Source: Candidatus Kaiserbacteria bacterium (lineage in GTDB: Bacteria; Patescibacteriota; Minisyncoccia; Phycocordibacterales; UBA2100). Taken from it: 64,000 nt of DNA. Below are positions 34,368 through 40,543 of the stretch, piece after piece. Each line of letters begins with the position of its first letter. Position 1 is the first letter of the stretch. The notes beneath the pieces are model-generated. The model did no database searches. It was not told the DNA's origin and saw only the letters and a list, made by a program, of their open reading frames with translations. The position numbers and the translations under genes were made by a program. The stretch covers positions 352,933 to 416,932 of the forward strand of contig CP066682.1 in the NCBI GenBank assembly GCA_016432285.1, in the 5' to 3' direction.

Positions 34368-34543
34368 TGCCCTCGGCAGGAATCTCCCTCGACTCTCGGC
34401 TCGCCGTCGCTCGCCTCGGTCTGGGCACCGCCTCGCTGCTCGGCCTGCTGGCCTCGCATCGCTCCGGCGTTCGATTCCTGCACGCGCCATGCAGCGGCAC
34501 GGCGCTCTCGATCACTTGCTTCGCAGTGCCCTCGGCAGGAATC
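34366..34543 (-). mobile_element. ORF-less 140-bp structured insertion (module 2) bracketed by a 19-bp direct repeat of the tRNA-Arg 3' end
   Basis: AGTGCCCTCGGCAGGAATC occurs at 34366-34384 and 34525-34543. A hairpin lies at 34484-34505. There is a 13-bp perfect inverted copy of the tRNA T-loop plus 3' T-stem (34469-34481 vs 34535-47). Confidence 0.7.
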
Positions 34544-34598
34544 GAACCCACATCTCTCCCTTAGGACGGGATAGCTCTATCCATTGAGCTACGAGGGC
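34527..34598 (-). tRNA. tRNA-Arg (anticodon CCT), CCA not encoded
   Basis: Acceptor GCCCTCG/CGAGGGC, anticodon loop GTCCTAA, T-arm GTGGGTTCGATTCCTGC. TATAGT (complement of 34608-34613) lies 9 nt upstream. Confidence 0.85.
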
Positions 34599-34632
34599 GA
34601 GGCCGCAACTATAGCATGCTAAGATTTCAGGC

Positions 34633-34923
34633 ATGGATCCGAGTCAGGAAACGCTGAGAGAGATTCTTCGTCTCACACAGGAGAACAACCGCATGCTCCA
34701 CAAAATGCGCCGCAGCGCGTTTTGGGGCGGGATCCTGAAGCTCCTTCTGTACGCCGCGCTCCTCGGAATTCCGCTGTGGCTCTACATCACGTACCTTGGC
34801 CCCATGATGCAGGAGGTCATACAAACGTATCGCGACATCCAGGGCACCGGCGCCAACGTCTCGGCGCAGTTCACTGATTTTCAGGGAATGCTTCAGCAGT
34901 TCAAGGATAATTTCTCGCAGTAA
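34633..34923 (+). CDS. Small hypothetical membrane protein (96 aa, 2 TM)
   Basis: TAAGAT 34620-34625 lies 7 nt upstream of the ATG. The central hydrophobic pair is FWGGILKLLLYAALLGIPLWLYITYLG. Confidence 0.55.
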   Translation: MDPSQETLREILRLTQENNRMLHKMRRSAFWGGILKLLLYAALLGIPLWLYITYLGPMMQEVIQTYRDIQGTGANVSAQFTDFQGMLQQFKDNFSQ

Positions 34924-34999
34924 AACAGGTCGACTTCCAATAAAAAGATCTGGTATAGTACCGCAATCGCCCGGAGAGGTTCGTTTCTGGGCGTCGCTT

Positions 35000-35072
35000 G
35001 CCCAGATAGCTCAGGTAGTAGAGCATTCCCCTGAAGAGGGAAGGGTCGTCAGTGCAAATCTGACTCTGGGCA
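35000..35072 (+). tRNA. tRNA-Phe (anticodon GAA) with a non-canonical T-loop TGCAAAT; CCA not encoded
   Basis: Acceptor GCCCAGA/TCTGGGC, D-arm GCTCAGGTAGTAGAGC, anticodon loop CTGAAGA, T-arm GTCAG-TGCAAAT-CTGAC. TATAGT 34954-34959 lies 40 nt upstream. Confidence 0.85.
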
Positions 35073-35305
35073 CCTCTTGGAAACCCACGGTTTTCCAACG
35101 CTCGCTTCGCGAGCTGTCTTCCTCCACGGGAAAACAATTGTTTTCCCGACCCCTTTCAAAGCCCAGAAGAGCCGTGCCTGCGCACGGCTCGTGTCGGATT
35201 TGCAAGCCGGAGCCATGTCGCCTTGGCGACAGGCGAGGCCGGGCAGGAGCCACTTAACGAGCGCAGCGAGTTTAGTGAGCTGTCGCCAAATCTGACTCTG
35301 GGCAC
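35055..35305 (+). mobile_element. ORF-less 213-bp composite insertion (module 1 + module 2) bracketed by a 19-bp direct repeat of the tRNA-Phe 3' end
   Basis: CAAATCTGACTCTGGGCAC occurs at 35055-35073 and 35287-35305. Hairpins lie at 35077-35098, 35100-35114, 35127-35148 and 35169-35190. The segment GTCGGATTTGCA (35193-35204) is complementary to tRNA-Phe 35053-35064. Confidence 0.7.
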
Positions 35306-35307
35306 AC

Positions 35308-35339
35308 AAAAAAATCCGGCCTGTCAGTCGACAGGCCGG
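35308..35339 (-). terminator. Rho-independent terminator of the minus-strand membrane-protein gene
   Basis: CCGGCCTGTC / GACAGGCCGG 10-bp stem, followed on the minus strand by ATTTTTTT. Confidence 0.85.
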
Positions 35340-35355
35340 TGCACACTTCGTTTGT

Positions 35356-35694
35356 TCAGGCGGCATTTTGTTCGCGCCTCCGGGTTTCTGAGGATCGCGC
35401 TTTTCGACGCTCAGCCTCCTGCCGCGCGGCTTTTCCCGGCCACAAAATCCCCGCTCCCCGGTGTTCGCGGTTCAGGTACAGCGCCAGAACGGACATTCCG
35501 TACGAGTACCACCCGCAGAGGGTCAGCAGAATGAACATCACCTCGTTGGACGTTCCGTTCTTTAAGAAGTTGTGTGGATACTTGCGAACCGTGATCGCGT
35601 ACACAACTCCGGCTCCCGCGAATCCGGCCGGGAGCCAGGTGACCCCGATCACGCCGATGAGGATATACGAAAAGTTGGACCACGCTTCTGTCAT
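35356..35694 (-). CDS. Hypothetical membrane protein (112 aa) with a basic C-terminal tail
   Basis: ATG at 35694 (MTEAWSNFSYILIGVIGVTWLPAGFAG...). The longer version would need a TTG start. Confidence 0.5.
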   Translation of the reverse strand: MTEAWSNFSYILIGVIGVTWLPAGFAGAGVVYAITVRKYPHNFLKNGTSNEVMFILLTLCGWYSYGMSVLALYLNREHRGAGILWPGKAARQEAERRKARSSETRRREQNAA

Positions 35695-35776
35695 GGGATT
35701 CCCCCGCGCTGAAAAACGTATGCGGATCAGCCCGCACCTAGTGGAGAAGCCTACGGATTTGGGGCGGAAGGTCAAG

Positions 35777-36352
35777 CTACAGCCCCAGGGTAAACGTCAT
35801 TGGCTTTGCGCCCGCGACGAGCCACTTTGAGGTGTCGAGCTTGATCTCGCGTGTGGTTCCGAGATCCTTGTATTTCAAGCTGCCTTTCTGGAGTGCGTAG
35901 TCGAAGACCCGCTTCGTGAGCTCCACGTCTTTTTGGCAGTACATCTTCACTTTTTCCACCTCTCCCTGCTTCCACCATTTCAGCGACAGCGAGCCGTCGC
36001 CACTCTTGCCCTCGCCGAGCGTCCCGGCTGCCACCGAATCGAGCTTCAGCCGCCGCCCGAGCGATGAGTAGATCTCCTGCAAGAGGTCGAGGCTCTTGAT
36101 GCGTTTCAAATCCCCCGGGTAGTATTTATTGAGAAGCGGAATGTCAAAATAATCAGAATTGTAACCCACGAGCATGTCGGTACGCTCCAAAATGGGCCAG
36201 AGCTGCGGCAGCTCGTTCTCCAAAAAGCAGGAGTACTGATTCGTCTCCGAATCGTGAATCCCGACGACTGCAATCGTGAGGTCGGACGGATCTCCCGAGC
36301 CCGTCTCGCTCATCCAGTTCGCGGTCTCAATGTCAAAAACAACCGTTCGCAT
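35777..36352 (-). CDS. DnaQ-like/RNase H-fold 3'-5' exonuclease (YprB/PolB-exo-like family)
   Basis: VVFDIETAN (Exo I), LVGYNSDYFDIPLL (Exo II), YCQKDVELT (Exo III). Confidence 0.65.
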   Translation of the reverse strand: MRTVVFDIETANWMSETGSGDPSDLTIAVVGIHDSETNQYSCFLENELPQLWPILERTDMLVGYNSDYFDIPLLNKYYPGDLKRIKSLDLLQEIYSSLGRRLKLDSVAAGTLGEGKSGDGSLSLKWWKQGEVEKVKMYCQKDVELTKRVFDYALQKGSLKYKDLGTTREIKLDTSKWLVAGAKPMTFTLGL

Positions 36353-36389
36353 CGGGGTAGTATATCGCGATACGCTCGCGGTCCAAAAA

Positions 36390-37649
36390 TCAGCCGAGCG
36401 AGGAGAAGAGGTGTTCGGCGATTCTGTCGGCGGGAAGCGTGATTTCGTTGCCGGTCGCGAGATTTTTCACGGTGTACCGGCCACTCTCGCGCTCCTTCGA
36501 GCCCACCGCAAGCACAAAGGGGATTTTCATTTTGTCGCCCTGCCGGATCTGATCGCCGATGCGCTTTCCCGAAAAGTTGAGCGCGACGGTTACGTCTTCG
36601 CGCCGCAAGTCCTGCGCGAGCTTCACCGCATGGCTCGTGGCGTCTTCGTCGACGATCGCGATCATAAGCTCGGTGGCGGGCGCGTAGGCGGGCATCAGGT
36701 TGTGGGTTTCCAAAAAGTCGCGTGCGGTTACATCGCCCATGGCAAAGCCGACCGCCGGTATCGATCCTCCTCCAAAGAGCGAGAGCAGGTTGTCGTATCT
36801 GCCGCCGCCAAACATTGAGCGGCGGTTGGATTCGTCGGTGTCGTACACTTCGAAGACCATGCCGGTGTAGTAGTCGAATCCGCGCGTGATCTTGGTGTCC
36901 ACGATCATGTTGTGCACGCCCATGTACTCGAGCTGACGCCGAAGCTCCTCGAGGTAGGCGGTCGACGTGGTGCGGTCGAGCTGATCGATGAGCGAGAGCG
37001 CCGTCTTGGCCCCGAGCACATCGGAAAGCGCTTTTTCAAAATTCTCGTGCTTGGCGCGCCGGTCGAGAAGCCGGGTCGTTTCGGCACGGAGCGAGGCGTC
37101 GATGCCGGTGGCGTCGTAGATCGTGTCGAGGATGCGGCGATCGGAGACGCGAATCTCGAAATCGCGCTCTTCTGCGCCGAGGCTGCGGAGGATGCCGTGC
37201 GCGATTGCGATCACCTCCGCATCTGCTTCCACGCTGTTTACCCCCACGATGTCGGCGTTGAGCTGCCAATGCTCGCGAAGGCGACCGCGCTGCGGACGCT
37301 CGTAGCGGAAGACGTTGGCAATCGTGTACCAGCGTGCCGGAAGCGGAATCTCGCGCGAGCGCGCCGCGACCATACGCGCGAAGGTCGGGGTCATCTCAGG
37401 ACGGAGTGTTACCTCCCGCTCGCCACGGTCCCGAAAGGTGTAGGTCTGCTCGTTGACGATTTCCTCCGAGGTTTTGCTGCGGTAGAGCTCCGACGGCTCT
37501 AAGACCGAGGCGTTGTATTCCTCGTAGCCGAACAGCTCGCACACGCGCTCCATGTGCTCGAAGATGTAGCGTTGCAGGAACTGATCTTCGGGGTAAAAGT
37601 CGCGCACGCCCTTGTAGCTTTCGGTCGAGAGCTTTTCTCGCTTGGTCAT
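36390..37649 (-). CDS. hisS: Histidyl-tRNA synthetase
   Basis: Class II motifs (YKGVRDFYP..., FRYERPQRGRLREHWQ, GGGRYDNL) and an anticodon-binding domain. The ATG at 37649 lies 7 nt after TATAAT. The ORF-track start 37667 is GTG. Confidence 0.93.
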   Translation of the reverse strand: MTKREKLSTESYKGVRDFYPEDQFLQRYIFEHMERVCELFGYEEYNASVLEPSELYRSKTSEEIVNEQTYTFRDRGEREVTLRPEMTPTFARMVAARSREIPLPARWYTIANVFRYERPQRGRLREHWQLNADIVGVNSVEADAEVIAIAHGILRSLGAEERDFEIRVSDRRILDTIYDATGIDASLRAETTRLLDRRAKHENFEKALSDVLGAKTALSLIDQLDRTTSTAYLEELRRQLEYMGVHNMIVDTKITRGFDYYTGMVFEVYDTDESNRRSMFGGGRYDNLLSLFGGGSIPAVGFAMGDVTARDFLETHNLMPAYAPATELMIAIVDEDATSHAVKLAQDLRREDVTVALNFSGKRIGDQIRQGDKMKIPFVLAVGSKERESGRYTVKNLATGNEITLPADRIAEHLFSSLG

Positions 37650-37672
37650 TCCCCGTATTATACTCACGCGCC

Positions 37673-38071
37673 ATGGAAACGACAGCCAACCTCGGGATAG
37701 TGAGAAAATCGCGCGCCGGATTAGGGCACGGCTTTTTTGCCACGCGGAAGATCGAAAGAGGCGAGTGCGTCGCCGAATACACGGGGAAGCGCATAGCTAC
37801 GACGTACGCGGATACCCTCAAGAGCCGCTACCTTTTTGAAATCGACGAGTCGTGGACGATCGACGGCTCCGGGCGCGAGAATGTCGCGCGCTACATCAAT
37901 CACTCCTGCGAGCCGAATGCGGAAGCGGAAATACACGACGGCCGCATCTACATCCTCGCGACGCGAACGATCCGCAAAGGCGAGGAAATCACAATCGACT
38001 ACGGAGACGAGTACTACGACGAGTTCATCCGCCCCGTCGGCTGCAAGTGCGCGGCGCAAAAGCACCGCTAA
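37673..38071 (+). CDS. SET-domain protein (putative lysine methyltransferase)
   Basis: GLGHGFFATRKIERGECVAEYTG, NHSCEPN, GEEITIDYG, and a C-terminal Cys (post-SET-like). Confidence 0.85.
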   Translation: METTANLGIVRKSRAGLGHGFFATRKIERGECVAEYTGKRIATTYADTLKSRYLFEIDESWTIDGSGRENVARYINHSCEPNAEAEIHDGRIYILATRTIRKGEEITIDYGDEYYDEFIRPVGCKCAAQKHR

Positions 38072-38557
38072 CTAGGCGCTGCCGATCAAGATCCCAGCCA
38101 AAAAGACGAGCGCGCCGCCAAAGACTACTTGCGCGACCGAAAACCAGAAGCCCGCTTTGAAATAACGGTAACGAATGTAGCCGATCGAGAGGAGCTCGAT
38201 CCCGACGACGACGTAGGCGACGTAGAGGGCGATTGAAAAATCAGAGATGAGAAAGGGGAGCGTGTGAAAAACGCCTCCCACGAACGTAGTGCCGCCGACG
38301 ATAGCGCCGCGCACAAAGGGGTGCCCGCGGCCCGTGTGGTGGCCTGGGTCCGAGAGCGCTTCGGCGAACGCCATGCTGATCGCCGCGCCGACGGCGGCGG
38401 CGGAGCCGACGAGAAACGCGACGTGCGGGCTCCCGCTCGCGAAGGCGGCCGCAAAGAGCGGGGCGAGCGTAGAGACCGAGCCGTCGATGAGGCCAATGAG
38501 AGCCGGCTGGACCACCTGGAGGAGAAATTCTTTGTCGATGTGTTCCTCTTGAGACAC
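38072..38557 (-). CDS. VIT1/CCC1-family Fe/Mn transporter-like membrane protein
   Basis: QPALIGLIDGSVSTLAPLF...SMAFAEALSD...TFVGGVFHTLPFL. The GTG start lies 6 nt after TACAAT. The upstream part of the 211-aa ORF looks non-coding. Confidence 0.65.
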   Translation of the reverse strand: MSQEEHIDKEFLLQVVQPALIGLIDGSVSTLAPLFAAAFASGSPHVAFLVGSAAAVGAAISMAFAEALSDPGHHTGRGHPFVRGAIVGGTTFVGGVFHTLPFLISDFSIALYVAYVVVGIELLSIGYIRYRYFKAGFWFSVAQVVFGGALVFLAGILIGSA

Positions 38558-38585
38558 TCGCGCATTGTACGCTATACTCAACTCG

Positions 38586-38966
38586 ATGAAAAAAGGCACC
38601 CTGATCTTCTCGCTCGCGGTGCTCGCTCTGCTCGTGGCGGGGATCGGCGTGGCGTTTACCGTGCGGGCGCGACCGGGGGATCTCGATTCGTTTGCCACCT
38701 GCCTCAAGGATCGGGGCGCGGTATTCTACGGCGCCTTCTGGTGCCCGCACTGCAAGCGCACGAAGGATCTCTTTGGCGCTTCCGCCAAGCTGCTCCCGTA
38801 CGTGGAGTGCTCCACGCCCGACGGACAAACGCAGCTCGATGCCTGCAAAGAAAAGGGGATTGACCAGTACCCCACATGGATTTTTGCCGATGGATCGCGG
38901 CTTACCGGCGAGCGCACGTTAGAGGAACTTTCCGAAAAAACCTCCTGCGCGCTCCCGCAGTCGTGA
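38586..38966 (+). CDS. Membrane-anchored thioredoxin-like protein of the type normally fused to bacterial VKOR
   Basis: FYGAFWCPHCKRTKDLFG...LPYVECSTPDG...C.EKGIDQYPTWIF closely follows the Trx-like domain of cyanobacterial/actinobacterial VKOR proteins. TATACT 38573-38578 lies 7 nt upstream of the ATG. Confidence 0.75.
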   Translation: MKKGTLIFSLAVLALLVAGIGVAFTVRARPGDLDSFATCLKDRGAVFYGAFWCPHCKRTKDLFGASAKLLPYVECSTPDGQTQLDACKEKGIDQYPTWIFADGSRLTGERTLEELSEKTSCALPQS

Positions 38967-38973
38967 TTTTTTC

Positions 38974-39510
38974 ATGCTCGAAACGGTCAACTACATCCTT
39001 GGCCTCAAAGTGATCGCACTTCAGATCGTTACGCTTGCGCTACTCGGGCTCTACCTGCTGAAGGATCGCTTTCCGGATCTGCGTGAGGCCGCGGGCTTCG
39101 TAGGACGATGGGGTCTGTGGGTCGGCTTTTTCACGGCGCTTGGTGCGAGCGCGGTATCGCTCGTGCACTCCACAATCTTCAACCTTCCGCCGTGTCCTTT
39201 GTGCTGGTGGCAGCGTATCTTCCTGTATCCGCAGGTCTTCCTGTTTGCGCTCGCGCTGTGGAAGCGGGATCGTGGTATTGCGGATTATTCGATCCTCCTT
39301 TCCGTCCTTGGCCTCGGGTTTGCCCTCTACCACCACGCGCTTCAGATGTTTCCCTCGAGCTTCGCGCCGTGCTCCGCCGAGGGCGTAAGCTGCGTGCAGA
39401 TTCTCTATCTTGAGTTCGGCTACATCACGTACCCCCTCATGGCGGCGAGCGCCTTCGCTTTCTTAATCGTCCTCATGCTCTTTGTACGCACGCGAGTCGT
39501 GCAATTCTAA
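38974..39510 (+). CDS. dsbB: Disulfide bond formation protein B (BdbC/DsbB family)
   Basis: 4 TM segments. The first loop is PPCPLCWWQRIFLYPQ and the second Cys pair is APCSAEGVSC. Confidence 0.8.
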   Translation: MLETVNYILGLKVIALQIVTLALLGLYLLKDRFPDLREAAGFVGRWGLWVGFFTALGASAVSLVHSTIFNLPPCPLCWWQRIFLYPQVFLFALALWKRDRGIADYSILLSVLGLGFALYHHALQMFPSSFAPCSAEGVSCVQILYLEFGYITYPLMAASAFAFLIVLMLFVRTRVVQF

Positions 39511-39517
39511 AATCCCA

Positions 39518-40543
39518 TCACAGCAACGGCTCGCGGCCGCGTCGCTTCAGCAGGAGTCCTTCGAGCGAGTAGCGGTCGTACCCGTGACAGAAGATCGCAA
39601 GTCCGAGACCGATGAGAATGAGGTGTGGCCACACGGCCTCTTGGAAGTAGAGGAGGCTCAGCGTGAGCCAAAAGAGGAGAAAGAGCGACGTCCAGCGCAC
39701 CGCGATCCCGAGTAAGAGCATGAGCCCTGCCAAGAATTCGATGATGAGTGCGCCGAGCACCACGAAGAGCGGGTCGAAGGGAAAGTAGCGGGTGAGATCG
39801 TTCTCGATCACTACATCGAGCGCGAGCTGGCTGTGGATGTATTTCGCGTAGACCGCGGCAAACATGATCCCGAAACCGAAGAGGATGCGCATCAGCGGGA
39901 ACGCAAAGCGTGAGAGTCTCGAAAACGCGAGGAGTGCGCGAGGGCGGTCGCGAATCGATTGATCGACCGACCACACGCCGCCGCCGAGAATCAGGAGGAG
40001 GAGCGCGCCTCCTAAGTGATCCGTGTACGTCAGAAGGTACGAGCCGTGCACGAATGCGGCGTACAGATAGATCAGCACGGCACAGAGCGCGGCGAGGCGC
40101 GTGTACGCGCCGAGCGTCAGAAACGCGCCGAGCGCGATGAGGAAAATCTGGGCCGCATTCTGAAAAGATCCGAAGAGATCCTGAAGTGGCATCTCCGGTC
40201 CGTAGAGCGAACCCATAATGCCGAAGGAGATGAAGCAGAGCCCGATCGTAACGCGGGCGAGGGGAAGAGCGAAGCGCTTCAATTTGAAGAAGAGCGGGTC
40301 GAGCGTCCTTTCAAATATGCCGAATATACTCGCGGCGATGATCGTTGAGAGGACGACGGCTGATACAAAGCCCCAGAAGAAGAATTGGTATTCGTTGCCG
40401 AAGTACGCGAGAAAGGGATTCGGGGAGCTCGTTGCCATTCCCGCGGCCACGCTTGCTGGATCGAGTACGTACACCTCGTGCGCAAAGACGCTACCCGGAA
40501 TCACGAGCACGGACGCGAGCAGTGTGAGGAGTAGCCTACCCAT
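39518..40543 (-). CDS. DoxX-like polytopic membrane protein (duplicated 4-TM unit) with a signal peptide
   Basis: 8-9 TM segments. The family call rests on topology and composition only. Confidence 0.45.
   Translation of the reverse strand: MGRLLLTLLASVLVIPGSVFAHEVYVLDPASVAAGMATSSPNPFLAYFGNEYQFFFWGFVSAVVLSTIIAASIFGIFERTLDPLFFKLKRFALPLARVTIGLCFISFGIMGSLYGPEMPLQDLFGSFQNAAQIFLIALGAFLTLGAYTRLAALCAVLIYLYAAFVHGSYLLTYTDHLGGALLLLILGGGVWSVDQSIRDRPRALLAFSRLSRFAFPLMRILFGFGIMFAAVYAKYIHSQLALDVVIENDLTRYFPFDPLFVVLGALIIEFLAGLMLLLGIAVRWTSLFLLFWLTLSLLYFQEAVWPHLILIGLGLAIFCHGYDRYSLEGLLLKRRGREPLL

Noticed and set aside
34385-34524. Module 2 considered as a second tRNA or tRNA pseudogene on the opposite strand, because it contains T-loop-like GTTCGATTCC / TTGCAAATCC.
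   Set aside because: Neither strand folds into a cloverleaf. The 5' T-stem partner, D-arm and anticodon arm are absent. Only the T-loop plus 3' T-stem is copied, in inverted orientation.
30438-35286. Mini-insertions considered as IS110-type bridge-RNA ends, IS200/IS605 PATEs or T-box leaders.
   Set aside because: IS110 and IS200/605 insertions do not create 19-bp duplications, and no recombinase or TnpB ORF is present. T-box leaders precede aminoacyl-tRNA synthetase or amino acid genes and pair with the anticodon and NCCA, not the T-loop. The resemblance (a guide-like segment in a conserved scaffold) is kept only as an analogy.
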